Shown here: piece after piece, positions 24,207 to 37,289 of the stretch
Layout of the letters: the number at the start of each line of letters is the position of its first letter
How positions within the stretch are numbered: position 1 is the stretch's first letter
DNA from: Fistulifera solaris
Taxonomy: Eukaryota
Length of the DNA: 64,000 nt
NCBI GenBank assembly: GCA_030295235.1
Contig: AP026130.1
Span: forward strand, 124,001 to 188,000
Direction of reading: 5' to 3'
Program-made: the position numbers and the translations under genes
The notes under the pieces: model-generated
What the model was told of the DNA's origin: nothing
Database searches by the model: none
The model's input: only the letters and a program-made list of their open reading frames with translations

Positions 24207-27200
24207 TCAAATCAAACCAAATTCATCGTCTGAATGGACGTCAAAATCAAAGTGCTTCAGAGCTTTCGTACCAATGGGGCGTTTGGCTATCGCCCTAGAT
24301 GGACTGGCTAGAGGACTCAATGCGCCCACCGTACTCCCGGGGGATGTTGTAAATTGGATACCATGAATCGAGGAGCCGGACGAGAGGCTGTTCTCAATGA
24401 TTTCGCCCAAATAGCGGCTCTTTGGTTTCGTCTCCATGCTCTTTTTCGTGCGGATACCGTACATCGAAGCATATTTTTCAGCAGCAGTGCGTGGTGCGGT
24501 CTGCTGACTGGTCGGCCTCGAAGCGAGATAGGATGGACCTGACACTTCGCTGTCATCCGCGCTGTAGGTAAAGGTTAACGAGTCCGAAGAGACAATAGAC
24601 GCGTTCTTCTTTACTCGATGCAATGCTTGACCTCTGGGCGAAGTCGGAGCAGCAAGGAATTTGCTAGCCTTGTTACTTGTCGGCTCAGATAGCTCAATTT
24701 CAACGGTATCAAGGATGAGCTTTTCTTGCTTTCCACGACGCTTTTCCATGTGCCTGCGCTGAACACGAGCGATTTCCATGTCGACTTCTCTTTTCACCAT
24801 GAGGAAGAAACGTTCGATGACGAGAGCGGCATGTTTTTCTTTCCGACAATCGAGCACAACACGCCACCAGAACTGGATACGATTAGCGGCCCATGTCTCT
24901 CGCATTCCATTCGACTGGCCATAGGTGAAAATTCTGTCAATCTGCAAGCTGCGAGTCTTTTCATGTGCAAGGAATTTGCGAGCGTGGGACTGTATGATGA
25001 CAATCGATCCGAGTCGAAGGCGAGCTTGCCGACGGACCATGAAACCTCGGAACAAAGATTGGAATTTCACCAAATGGTAGTGCAAGATGACATAGTCGGT
25101 GTACTTAGAGAATCCTCTCCACGCTGCTTGAATTTTGGCGGCGGCTATTTGTCGTGTCTGATACTCAACTCTCTTTCGAGTCAACAACTTCTTAGCCAAA
25201 AACATCCTCACCGTTGACTTCATTATATTAAAGGAAAAAGGGTGAGAAATCCGGAATGCAATTTATAGTATCCAAAGAATTCAAGCCTTACCTGAATAAG
25301 AATAGCATTCATCAACGAAAGCAGCAGCTTGTATTGCGCTGAGTATTTCCTAATTTGGGACTGAATGACCGTCGCCGCCTTGTCGCGGCGCATTTGTTCG
25401 ACTTTTCGAATAGCCAGCCACCTTCGGGTGGTGCGTTGGACATTTACTACGTCCACTAACGAAAAAATGTAGTCAGTGTAGCATTGAAAGCCTCTCCAAG
25501 CAGCCTGGATACATCTGGCGGCCTCTGCACGCCTGAAATTCATAATAGTCCTGTATTCTCGCTGTGCTTTCCAACTACGAAAGGCAGACTGAATGATGAG
25601 AACGTCCACGATGAAGAACTGATATTGCCTTTGGCAGGACATGCAGCGCCACCATTGCTGCACCTTTGTTGCGGCTAATTCCCTGCATTTCTCCTCGAAC
25701 CGTCGCATTCTTGTTCGGACAAGGAATCCACGAGCTGCAGCTTGGGCAACAATAATCCGGTAAACAGTATCGAACGTTGAGACACAGGCAAGATAGCCGC
25801 GAATTACCTTTTGAATATTAATAGCAGCCATGTGTTTTACTTCTAGCTCTTTTCGAACCTGCGTGCCTCGAAATACCTTTTGTATAGTTTGAGCAGAAGT
25901 TTGGTAGGCGAGCAAAGCAGCCTCTGCTTTCCATCGACGCATGTAACATTGTATCTCAAGAATCCCCCACATTCGATCAATTGCTTCGCGCTGGGCGAGA
26001 AAACGTCGAGCAGCACTCTGAATCGGCACAGCAGACTTGGATAGAACCCGAATTCCAGCACGCTGGATTGGATCGATAGTGTCCATTGATTTGTTCTTGT
26101 TTTCGACCGCCAAACCCTTAGCCTTCGGTTCCACTCTGTGGTATTTCCCGGACGCGATTCCTTCTTCTCGGCGTCTTCGAAGAATACTTGCTCCTATTGA
26201 AAATGGAGTCAATCTACGTGGCCCGCTGCGACCACCCTTTGACACTGCATTCGCTCGTTTTTGCTTGAGAATACGCGTCCGATTTTTGAATCTTTCATTA
26301 CGAACAATGAAGGTAGTGTGCGAGACGAAGTTTTCCAGAGGTGCGTTTGATGTCCCCGTAGTTGTGAGTCGTGAAAAGTTACCGACTTCTGCAATATGTG
26401 TCTGCGATGCATCATCATCAACTTCGCGATTCTGGTCACAAGAGCGACTATGAGAAGCAGCTGCATCCAGATTGTTCTGACTTGTGTTTGTTTTGGTATT
26501 AAAACGTGCTGCCTTCATCTTACTATAGTGCTTGCTCTTGTTCTCTTTTGTGACGTGCGTGGAGTCAACTCGCTTTTGATCGGGCGCGCCATACTCCATT
26601 GCAAGGATCACGTCGCTGTCAACTGGATCTGTGCCTTTCCATCGATTAGTTAATGGAGTACGCAAAATTCCGGGAGGAGACCCGTTCATGGTATGGTGGC
26701 GAGGTGACCGTAAAATCAAATTTTCGTTGGTGGCATTCGGTAAATGAATAACGACGCTGCGACAAGAGGAACTTTGTCGTGGAGGCGGTGGAGGAGGAGG
26801 AAGATTGTTTTGAACATGACAAAAGCTAGCGGGTTTCTCGTTCTTCTGCTCATCATCAACCGGCTTCACACTATTCAAAGGTGGGTCAGGTGCAGATGAC
26901 TGCAATGAGGCTTTCCTTCTCAAGTAGTTAAGAGGAGATCCTTTCGACGACTCCTTTGTTTCACTCGCAGAAAGTGCTTTCTCCCCTGGCGAATCAACAT
27001 CGAAATCAAAGGACGGTCCCTTTGTATTGTCCGTTGGTGACGGATCCCGAAGAAAATGACGCGGAGAAGGATCTCGGAATGAATGAGAAGTACGTACACG
27101 ACTTTCCCTCGGCTCTGAACCTCGTGTTCTCGGTGTATCATCTGTCGGATCAATCGAAGTGCGGCGGGTATTTACGGTTGTAGGCGAATCGTTTGTTTCA

Positions 27201-28566
27201 GGTGGGTCATTCGTAGAGCCCACGTACGATGCTACTGTATCAATGTCCAACTTCTGATCTGCGTGTAAATATACGCCGGTGGGCTCGTGGACTCTCTGAC
27301 TTCGTATACTTTGGCTTGAGTCCGGATCTAGAGATCGTCTCCCTAAAGAACCAAACGTTGGCGCAGTAAGTGTGCTGACTTCATCGTGTCCATGATAGCG
27401 GATAGTCCTTCCACGGTGCAAACTGTGGCCATTGCCTATTGGCAATAAACCATTGCCGCGCTTACTTATAGGAGCATCAACCCTGGTGTTATCGTTTCCC
27501 TTCCCGACGTCCTCATTGCTCGATTGATTCACCGGTGCTGTCGTCTCGCTCCTGATCTCCGTTTGCAATGTACTTTCGTCAGACGTACTCGGAACAACGA
27601 TAGTCTTTTTCTTTATCCCGGTCCGAAAAAGCTTGCTGAAGAATCCCTTATTAGTTACAGTTTCATCGCGGTTCGCCTTGTCGTCGACATCCTCTTTTAC
27701 AATCTCCAAAGAAGCGGTCGCACTGCGCTGGGTCGTAGTTCTTTTCGGGGGACTTGTTGCGAGAGCACTCTTTTTTCGGTCGAAGCGCCAATCGCAACCG
27801 TTTCGGTGTCTTTGGACGCTTTTTCTTTTTCCGTCGATTTGACTCGTTCCGGTGCCCGAATCTTCAAGCGCCTCTTGGGTGGCGTCATGGATCCATCTTT
27901 TTCGTAAGACGAGTGATTTCCTATCATTTTTGTCGAGTCACTGTTTTCGGATTCTGTGGGCGATCTCCTCGAGGGTACCGATCCAGAAGCGGTTGTTACG
28001 GTAGTAGCGGTGACAGAAGACGGCGCCGGCAAAATGGAAAGATGATGCGTCTTTTTCAAGGCCACGGACGGGTCATTCTCTTCCTCTGGCACCGCGTCGA
28101 GTACCAGCGTATCGGTGTGATGAATGGCGCGTGTCGTACGGAATCGCTCGAAACCCTGTCGCGGAGAAGCAATGGTAGAAACAGTCAAGTCGTCACTTCG
28201 AGTCGCTACCACAGAAGGCAGTGAGGTTTGGTTCTTAATGTGATCCCAGGAATCGTAGCTTTCTGTGGGACGACGATGGATATCGGGCGGTGTTGTCGTA
28301 GCCATTTTCGACACTGGTGGAGGAGGGGTAGATTGACTTTTGTTTGTCGGTTTCAGCACATTCGTCGGCTGTGGTGGCGGAGGTGGCGGTGCAGCAAGTA
28401 GATCCGACAAAATACGATCATCGTGTTTGGTGCTCGATCTCTTCAAAGAGGTTTCTACTTTTCCTTTCATCTTTCCGTGATTACGACGCTCTCTCCTGCG
28501 CGCCCGAGCAGTCGGTTCTTTGCCGTTTGCGACAATTGCGGGTTGTCCCATTGCTGGAGCGACCAT
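24207..28566 (-). CDS. Large IQ-motif repeat (calmodulin-binding, ASPM-like IQ array) protein; intron 25218..25291; frameshift near 27705
   Basis: More than 12 IQxxxRG-like motifs (IQSAARRF, IQKVFRG, IQKVIRGY, IQAAWRGF). CAG|GTAAG...AAG|TCA intron joins the ORFs. Long disordered N-terminus. Confidence 0.8.
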
Positions 28567-29045
28567 TGTCTTTTATGCTTTACGTACGAAGGTAGTGAAT
28601 TGCTCGATATATTCTTGTTCGTAATGTTTGCTTTTTCAGTTACAAGAGATGAAAAAGTGTCATGGAAAGAAACAAATTCAAATTGGGCGATCGCGGTTCT
28701 GGGCGATAGAGGTGCGCACAAATATCAGGCTTTGACGCCTAAGTAATTTCAGGTATTTAAAGGCTTTTACGCGCGGGCATGTAAAGTAGTGCCTAACTAA
28801 TTAGATGAGGTCCGATAAGTATATCAATTTAAGTAGAATTATTTGTACATACTCTACGCTGACGAGTCATAATTAAAAGACGAAATTTATTAACAGAACC
28901 TGTTCCGCTTTGCGAAGCGCCCGTCGGACATTTTGATACGGTGACTGCGTTGGTGCCGAATATCCATCCATCTCCCCCGAAGGCTGCATTAACGATAATA
29001 CCCCTTTGTTTGTCAATCACCCAGGACCGAGGATTGAAAACGTCA

Positions 29046-30767
29046 ATGAGGTCAATGAAAAGATCGAAAGTGACATTGCTTATTCTATTATGGTTCCGTA
29101 CGGTCATTTCCTCATCATCCTTGCCCAACATCATCATACTTTTGGCCGACAATTTGGGCTTTAACGACATTTCTTTGTTCGGTGCTCGATCGATCAACAC
29201 TCCGAATGTCGACCGCATCGGTGAACAGGGTGTACAATTCAAACACTGGAACTCTGCTGCTCATTTGTGTTCCGCCAGTCGTGCCGCTTTGTTGACAGGA
29301 AAGTATCCGGTCCGCACCGGCATTTATCCGGGCGTCTTTCACGCCGACTCGGTGTACGGATTGCTGCCGACGGAAACCACTTTGGCCGAATATTTACGTG
29401 AACTCGGTTACGCAACGTCCATTGTGGGGAAATGGCATTTGGGTCACAACACCGATTTTCTTCCCACCAATCAAGGCTTTGATGAATGGCTGGGAATTCC
29501 GTATCATGCCTCTGGTGGGTCGGTGGAAGACCATGTGTGTCAATATGATCGGAACGAAACCATGTGGTTACCGTTATATCACAACCACAGGATTGTGCAG
29601 CAGCCGGTCAACATGCATCATTTAGCACAGACGTATACGGATCGTGCGATTGATTTTATGCAACGACACCGACACGAACCGTTCTTTTTGTATTTTCCAT
29701 TTTCACACGTCCATCAATTGTGTGCTCCACGTGATTATCCGGAATAATCGACCTGCCAATGGAGCGCTCGCGTCAACAGTACATTTGTCAATGCCGTGGA
29801 AGAGATGGATTGGATGGTGGGAAAAGTCCTCGATACAATTGACCAACTAGGAATTACGAACAATACACTGGTCTTATTTACCAGCGACAACGGACCTTGG
29901 GTAGCAGAACAAGAATGCTCGGGCTCAAAGGGCCCTTTCTTGGGGCGATGGTAAGAATCCGTTAGTAGTTTATAAAGACTTCCCTTATCATTTGCAACTA
30001 ATGCTTTCTCCTTTCTTACAGGCTCATGGATCACACGGCCGAAAATTGCACTGCATGTCCCCATGACTACAATCCCGATCCAAATGTATTTCGTCAATGT
30101 TTATTACCGAATACCACCCATCGATTGCAAGGAGTGCATTGTGGTGCCGATACTGGACTTGGTTCGTTGTGGGAAGCCAATTTGCGTATGCCCACAGTAC
30201 TGCAATGGCCCGGTCGGATTCCACCCCGGCAAGAAAGCCCCGAACTGTTTTTCTTCACTGGATGTTGTCCCTACCATCTTATCTATGGTGGGACAAGACA
30301 CAAAGCATTTATCCTTCGACGGAATGGACATGAGTGACATTTGGTTGCATCCATCATCTAGACGTACAGCCGGTCGTGTTTTATTCTTTTGGCGAGACGG
30401 CTTCCAATCGGGTCCACTGCCCGCTCCTTACGGCCGCATGGATGTAGCGGCTGTCAAAGTCGGGCGCTTCAAGGCCTGGATCTGGACCAAAAGCGCTCAT
30501 TACAATGCCGATGTCGAAGTCTATCACGATCCGCCTTTATTGTTTGACGTGGAAAACGATCCAGCCGAGGCCAAACCCTTGGATCCGCAGGAACATGTCA
30601 ATTTGCTTCGTTCTATTCCCATTTGGATCGAACAACACAAGGCCGGTGTGGATTGGACATTTCCATTGACTTTGGCCAAAGACCCACGATTGGTGCCTTG
30701 TGTAGACCAAACCACTGGATGTCGAACTGCTGTTAGTTACTCTTTTTATCCAGAAGTAACACTGTAA
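29046..30767 (+). CDS. Secreted/lysosomal formylglycine-type sulfatase (arylsulfatase A/G-like); in-frame TAA at 29745-29747, intron 29951..30021, frameshift near 30250
   Basis: [50 protein letters not shown] (after the stop), [13 protein letters not shown]. Confidence 0.88.
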
Positions 30768-31465
30768 CGTACACTTTTTCTACGATTTATCCAAAAAATA
30801 CTGTGTCTTAGAGTCGATGTTTGATGTTAGCACGGTTGATTGTTCTTAGACTCCGCACACGTCAAAGCGAATCCACGCTAGTCTAATTTAAAAACAAATT
30901 TCTTGCAAGTCGATGCAGCTTGCATAGGAGGCATTGACAGTTGACATTCCCACCCAGAAAGATGCCTCGCATAAGAACTTGGCTACAAAATTCTCAAGGC
31001 CATTGCTCCGACGCGAGAAGTACTTGTACAGAAGAAAAAAGTGACTACCAGGTATGGTCGCAGGACAAAAAGTGCGTTGCACGCACATTTTTCTTTCCTT
31101 CCGAAATGCGAGTTTGCTGGTACACTGAACGACAGAGTAGTGAGAGCACGAAATTGTGTTACGTCACCCTGCAAGGAATGACTCACGGGGCTATTTGTTT
31201 CCGCTGGTGTGGTACACGAATGTGGTCATTCGTACGCGCTTGTTGAGGACACGTGTACACAAAAGACAATACGAAATACGAACGACAAACCGATGCCGAT
31301 GATGAGCCGACGATGTTGAGCACGAGTTGAACAACTCATCGTCGCCATCGAACGCTTTTTGATTATTTTCACAAACAAACACTTGTTTGGCTTTTTTCTC
31401 TTAAGCACCTGTTGCACCATAAACTACATCATTTTCTCTAACTTGTATACGAAAAGCATAATACA

Positions 31466-32326
31466 ATGAAATCGTCTTCCTGGTTCATAATAACAGCCTT
31501 CTTTGTTCCACTTTCTACAGCCTTTCAATTGTCGATGCTGTCCTCTCGAACATCATCTTCCAATACAAGCAAACAACAGATTTTTCATCAATCAATGCAA
31601 ATCATGACATCACCGCGGACGGTTTTTCCCTCCAAATCCGGTGGCATCTCTTCAAACTTGATATCGCAGTTGGCAGTCTTGGCCTCAAACTCCGTTTGAA
31701 GGCACAAACGGATGTTACTTGCGATGTAACGAGTCGGAGTGCCGATTTGTTGCTGCGCGGCCGTGTCGGACCTGTCACCGTCAGAGGCAAGGGATGGCAA
31801 AGTGGTTTGGGACTCACGTGTCGGGCCATTGAAGCCACCGTCGACAGTTGTGAGCTCGATGTTCCGCGTCTTTTGTCGGATCAGAAATTGCGGTTGTTGC
31901 AACCCGCGTTAGGCAAGGCCATGGTGGCTTTGAATGCGCATGATTTCAGTAATTTCATTACACATCCGCTGATGAAGACGCTGGGAGATTTGCAATTTGT
32001 TCGTGAAGGAACTTCGATCAATGCCACATTGGGGACTGTCACATTTCATGTGCTAAAAGCCTCGCAGACATTCCGGTGTGTATTGCAACGGGCGGACAAT
32101 GAACAGCGTCGGGCCCGAATTGAAGTTCAAGGTGACGACATTGACACGGCGCTCGAAATCTCTCAGAATCTTTCGGATTTTTTTTAACGATTTAGTCTTT
32201 GAACTGGATGGAACATTCTTATCCTTCCGTGACATGATGGTCACAGGGAAGGGAGAAGCACCGAGTGTCATGCTGGCCCTTTCAATAAAAGTGCACAAAT
32301 TCCCTTCGGCAGGGTTGCAATTTTAA
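31466..32326 (+). CDS. Plastid-targeted protein, probably LmeA/DUF2993-like lipid-binding fold; frameshifts near 31685 and 32180
   Basis: Bipartite presequence (MKSSSWFIITAFFVPLSTA-F then Ser-rich); DLLLRGRVGPVTVRG and ALNAHDFSNFITHPLM resemble DUF2993. Confidence 0.6.
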
Positions 32327-32482
32327 GAATTCGATATAGTCATAATACACGCGTAGTTGTAAATAATGAAAATGAACTTTAGCAAGTATCAGACCGTTGC
32401 GAACCATGTCACACATGTTCTGCATTCAAAAGGCCCAGCCTCTGGCTGTTACCCTGTAAGGTGTTCTCGCAATAACCATAGA

Positions 32483-33457
32483 TTACTTCTTTTTATTACT
32501 GCCACTACCCAATTTTCGTCCTTTGTTCTTCTTTCTCAATTTCAATGCCTTGCTCACACTCTCTTTACCGGCATCCTTGTCCGCTGGATCCAGTCGCTTG
32601 GATAGAAATTCCGGCGCGACCAACCAATCTTGTCCTTGTTCGAGTTTCGGCCAAATATGTTTGTGAAAATGATAAAAGTGACCCGTCAAGATGCCCATGA
32701 TATGCGGCAGGGCCGCCATAGGACTCTGTGCTTGCAAGACATCGGAGGCCATGAGTCCGTACGGCAAGGACCAGTACGGGACCGTGAATACCAGCCATTT
32801 GACCTTTTGGTGGGGCATGGAGCGACTGAGGACATGCAGCATACTGGTAATCATGCTGTTGGCGAAGAACGGTTGGCCGACGAGAGTACTAAAGATGGAA
32901 AGCAACACGAGTTGTGATAGAAGAAAGACGGAGTGCTGTGCCGTACCGTAGGCTCGTTCCAAAGAAGACCCGTATTGAAACAAATAGTAGCCATTCAACA
33001 ACCAGCTAATGGAAGGAGGCCCCAAGAACGTTGCGGCAGTGATGGGACGCCAGAGTTGCAAGCCGTACAACACACGCATGGGGTCGAGTGCGAGCAGTCC
33101 TTGTGTAAGCTCTTCCCCCAGCACGAGACCAAGCAAGGTCGCTACACCGACCAGCGTAATATAAATTCGTGTCAACGGCAATATTTTCTTGTACTTTTGA
33201 AGCGTATCGGCGACTGCTGATTTCTCTTCTGGGGCATCTTTCTTGGTGACTTTCCGTTTGCCAGTTGCCGTCTTTTGTGCGACTTTTCGCTTCGAAGCGC
33301 CCCCTCTTAGTTCTATTAATCGATGGTTTGAGTTGAGCAGTAGATTGCCGCTAGATAAAGCGTTAGCGGTCGTTCTAGGAAGCACCCGACTCGAAGCTGG
33401 ACCCCAAGATAATCCTATCACTAGAATGGATAATATTGATGCGAAAGATGACTTCAT
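32483..33457 (-). CDS. Derlin (Der1 family) with signal + transit-like N-extension, probably symbiont-type sDer1 of SELMA
   Basis: LPLTRIY, LQLWRPITAATFLG, YQYGSSLE-like motif, HIMGILTGHFYHF; N-terminal signal peptide and LRGG motif. Confidence 0.85.
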   Translation of the reverse strand: MKSSFASILSILVIGLSWGPASSRVLPRTTANALSSGNLLLNSNHRLIELRGGASKRKVAQKTATGKRKVTKKDAPEEKSAVADTLQKYKKILPLTRIYITLVGVATLLGLVLGEELTQGLLALDPMRVLYGLQLWRPITAATFLGPPSISWLLNGYYLFQYGSSLERAYGTAQHSVFLLSQLVLLSIFSTLVGQPFFANSMITSMLHVLSRSMPHQKVKWLVFTVPYWSLPYGLMASDVLQAQSPMAALPHIMGILTGHFYHFHKHIWPKLEQGQDWLVAPEFLSKRLDPADKDAGKESVSKALKLRKKNKGRKLGSGSNKKK

Positions 33458-34042
33458 TTTCCCGTGATCTGAGTAGTCTCGCAGCTAAGCACTCAGTCAC
33501 GCACGTAAACAGAAGATATCGATTTATATTAATTTCAAAACTTCGACTTTGCCTGCATGTGGAATGGTCGCAACATGTTTTTGTTATCGGCCATCATCGC
33601 CTCTCTCATCTTTCCGTAAATTTTGCGGTGTGGGGCAACACACGTACGACGGCATTTACACGTGTCGATATCAACCAGTCACGACTCTACTCGTGAATGG
33701 CGACAAAAGAAGAGGTTGCAACAAACAACAACAAAGCGACAGCCTGGTTTGTTATCAGACCACTAAATAAACAAGTTTAGAGCGACTGCTTCAAAACATT
33801 AAAAAGTTTAACAGTGCCATTGTTTAAACCTCTTTCCATTTGATGTAGAATCATTTTATGTTCACTATAAAACAAAATGTATATTACCTTTTTTATCCAT
33901 GACTCAAATTCAGTCACGAGTCATAAAGTAGATGATCGAAGGAATCTGAATGCCCGTTCACCTTTCATTATTGAGATTTAGTAACTACAAATCATTATAT
34001 TCCCAGTCTCAAATTATTGATTAAAAAACTTAAGTTCAAAAT

Positions 34043-34729
34043 CTAAGGCGAAGGAAGGATGAGGTCAAGGTTTCCGAGTTTCTCGTGAATCATGAGTCCC
34101 AAGATACCCATTTGAGCGGCACGTCCGTTGTTCAATTCAATGGCACGCTTCTTCAGCTTGGTCTCGGCGTCAAACGTATCCCAGCCAAAGTCAATAGCAC
34201 CATTGCGGAAGTCACCAATGAACTCACCCGGGACAATGGGGCGCATGATCAATTCCAAAAAGAAAATAAAGGCAACAATCTGGGCAAGACCTCCCTTCGG
34301 GACCGCCTCCAAAGCACCGAATCCGTACGGAATGTCGGCGAATTTGGTTCCGGCGTAGTCAATGTTTCCAGGAAGACGGATACCGGCATAAGTGACCAAG
34401 TAACCGGCAACGGCAAGCATGCAGACACGGCCGTGTTTGATTTCGACCTCGCGAAGGCGATCGAATCGTGCCTGGGAGGCATTGTTCAACATGCCGAGGG
34501 GATCATAGAAGCCAGTCTGTATGCAGTGAGATAATCAGAAGGAGTGTGTGAGTTACGTGAGACTCTACACGCATACAACCTAACGAGGAAGGAAGATTGC
34601 ACTTACGGGAGTCTGCACACCCAATTCGTTCTCGTAGGCATTGAGGGCTGTAGAACGAGCGGCTTGCTGGCTGACAGGAGCGAAGGCAGCGGCGCTGGCA
34701 ATGAGGGAGGCGGCAATAGCGATCTTCAT
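34043..34729 (-). CDS. LHCF: Fucoxanthin-chlorophyll a/c light-harvesting protein (Lhcf/FCP); intron 34517..34606
   Basis: ASAAA-FAP presequence, AYENELGVQTP|TGFYDPLG, RLREVEIKHGRVCMLA, KRAIELNNGRAAQMG. Confidence 0.97.
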
Positions 34730-34841
34730 CGTAAATTCTTGCTGTTGAGAAAATGTGCCTGTTGCGCGAAGAAGATTTTCCGTGCCAGTTTTGTCGTGTA
34801 TTTCGACTGCGTGAAGTTGAAACAAGAAGATACCTCGTCCC

Positions 34842-34853
34842 GTGTCACGTGTC
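34842..34853 (-). promoter_or_regulatory. G-box element GACACGTGACAC, 113 bp upstream of the Lhcf ATG
   Basis: The same 12-mer occurs at 62022..62033 upstream of secA. Confidence 0.45.
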
Positions 34854-35134
34854 CCGCTCGGACACTCAAAGGTAGTGTCAGTAACTGATTGATGGACGGA
34901 CGGTCTGAGCGAAAGAAGGATGGCGGGACTGGAGTCTATTTCAGTCACTCTTACCTACAAAACACAAACTAAAACTAGAGAACGAGAGCTCCTACTTCCG
35001 AACTTCTCTTGACGCCTAATGACATAAAAACTAATTATCTATGATTAAGGAGTAATGGAACAAGTACTTGAGATAAAGTTCATAATCTCTCATCTGTCTG
35101 ATTGCTAAAAGGCGTGATGTAAGAACTTCGAAAC

Positions 35135-36304
35135 CTATCTCATCGACACGGCATTCGTCAAACGATCCGATAAAGTTTGACCTGCTGCACTACCTGGATT
35201 GGTTGCTTCATCACCTAAGCTGTAGTTTTCATTCTCGTCTTCAAAGAATTCCTGCCAAAGTCGGCGTTCGTCATTATTCAAAGTCGTAGATGCCTTTGAC
35301 TCTCCCTCGGCCCGCGAATCAAAATTGCTTCCATTCGACGAATGATCTTCAAAACTGCCGCCATCCTCTTCTTCTTCGTGTTGGGGTTGCGTACATGCGG
35401 CCGTGGTTTCTTTCACAAAGCCGGTCAAGCTCGTGCCCGCGCGTTTCAGCATTGTGATCAACTCTTTCGAACCTGTCGTCGAAGTACTTTCAAAGCTCGT
35501 TTCGCCATCTTGCGGCTCGTTGGAGGAAGAAAATCTTTTCCAGAAAGGCAGTTCGGGCTTTTGGCCATCCATTTTGGTGATATCTTCGTAATCATCATCT
35601 GGAAACTTCTTTTGCTGCTTGGATGGCATGTGGCACGCTAGAACGGTCTTCCAAGCCTTGTCTTTCGATTCGATAACTGATTTCCGAAAAGATGGGTCCA
35701 TAATCTTTTCCATGAAACCTTTCGTTTTACTAGAAGATGTTTCTTCCTCGGCACTTTCGGCTCGAGACTTTTCGTCGCTTGTAGTATTTAGAATCGAATT
35801 ATCTTGGACTGAAGCGGTCGGTGCAATATTGCCCACTGCGTCTTTTATTTGATGGGAATACGTTTGTTCGGACGAATTCATGTGGTCTGGTGTATCTTCC
35901 GTGACTTCTTCGTCTGCAACCGAGTCAACGTCGACTGGTCCAGTTTGGCGGTCGGCCTGAATCGAATCGAATTTGCTTGCCTCGTTACTATTACTTTGAG
36001 GGGAAAGAACGAGAGGGGTGGAAGCCTGATGAGCGCGGGCGCGTCGTTTCCAAACAGGTTCCTTGCCACCGTTGTTGGTCGATGCATTCGCAGACGAAAG
36101 GTTGACTGACGTTTTGTGGTCGATTGTTTCGTGCTGCTCACGAGACGCCCAGGTATTCTCGATTGGTGAACTCGCACTGGATATCGTCGGTGAATCATCC
36201 TCGCTTGGTTTTCTCTGGAAGGACGACTCATCATCGTAGCTGTCAAGACTCTGATGTTGAGGAGAAGGAGGCACCCCATTGACGACGCGTTGGAAGAACT
36301 TCAT
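35135..36304 (-). CDS. Hypothetical acidic/Ser-rich disordered protein (389 aa)
   Basis: Long uninterrupted ORF; no recognisable domain. Confidence 0.65.
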   Translation of the reverse strand: MKFFQRVVNGVPPSPQHQSLDSYDDESSFQRKPSEDDSPTISSASSPIENTWASREQHETIDHKTSVNLSSANASTNNGGKEPVWKRRARAHQASTPLVLSPQSNSNEASKFDSIQADRQTGPVDVDSVADEEVTEDTPDHMNSSEQTYSHQIKDAVGNIAPTASVQDNSILNTTSDEKSRAESAEEETSSSKTKGFMEKIMDPSFRKSVIESKDKAWKTVLACHMPSKQQKKFPDDDYEDITKMDGQKPELPFWKRFSSSNEPQDGETSFESTSTTGSKELITMLKRAGTSLTGFVKETTAACTQPQHEEEEDGGSFEDHSSNGSNFDSRAEGESKASTTLNNDERRLWQEFFEDENENYSLGDEATNPGSAAGQTLSDRLTNAVSMR

Positions 36305-36806
36305 ACTGTCTGTGCCCTCTGGTTACTTCAGCGTTTGCATAGGCTTGCTCTTCGAGAAACAGATGAATGGCTACCCAATGAAGCGATACAACAATGATTT
36401 CGTATCTCGCAAAACGAAGGGCCACAATAAGTCTCGGACGAGTCTCGTAGCGAAAATCTCGTCGGAATCTTGTAGGCAGGAAAAAAGGCGGACGAAAAAA
36501 AATGGCGCGAACCAATGAAAAGAGCAACCGGTACTCACAGAATACATTCTGTATCTTCCTCGACAATACAGTCGACTATGCTGCAATATCTCGCGGAACG
36601 GTCATTCCTTAGGTGAAAACCAAGCACATAAACAGATCACGTTCGCTGCATAGGGGAACACCCTTTTTGAACGTATACAAGCCTCAACGGCTCACTCTCT
36701 CTCCCCACGACCCAAATACTTCTCTTTCTTTCATTTTGTTCGAAGAGAAACAAACGTGCAAAAAGAACCACCGAGCGTAACTCATTGACAACGACCCATT
36801 GTCATA

Positions 36807-37289
36807 ATGAATCAAAAAAGCAAGACTTTGAAAGGTAGCTGGCTGCCGAGTTTCCGGTGGGGCAAGCGAAAGGTACGCAACGACGATGTCGAGCACATTC
36901 CAACGCAAGTGGCTTTGGAAAAAGTGAGTCGCTCGGTCATAGAAGAAGACCTTACTTTAGAAAGTGGTGAAGTGTTCACGCATAACAAGTCGTCTGAATC
37001 AGGCGAGCATCTGGACCTAATTGCGCCTCCGTGTCATCTGCGAGAGATGGATGAGACGCGCGCCGACAATAGCTCCGACATTCAAGTTACAGAATCAGTA
37101 CTTGATCTCAATGAAAGAGCACATCCGACATATTCAAGCCCAAAGAGCTTGAAGAAGGAACTAGAAAATAAAGCTACGAGTGGAAAAACAGACGTTGCTT
37201 CGGAGAAGAAGGCTCAGAAATCGACGGTCCCGATTGTTGCTGTCGCCGACGCCACTACCATAGCATTGAGTGTATGGACGTGCTGGTAA
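36807..37289 (+). CDS. Hypothetical protein (about 160 aa), possibly C-terminally anchored
   Basis: ATG-initiated ORF divergent from the previous gene; hydrophobic C-terminus. Confidence 0.45.
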   Translation: MNQKSKTLKGSWLPSFRWGKRKVRNDDVEHIPTQVALEKVSRSVIEEDLTLESGEVFTHNKSSESGEHLDLIAPPCHLREMDETRADNSSDIQVTESVLDLNERAHPTYSSPKSLKKELENKATSGKTDVASEKKAQKSTVPIVAVADATTIALSVWTCW

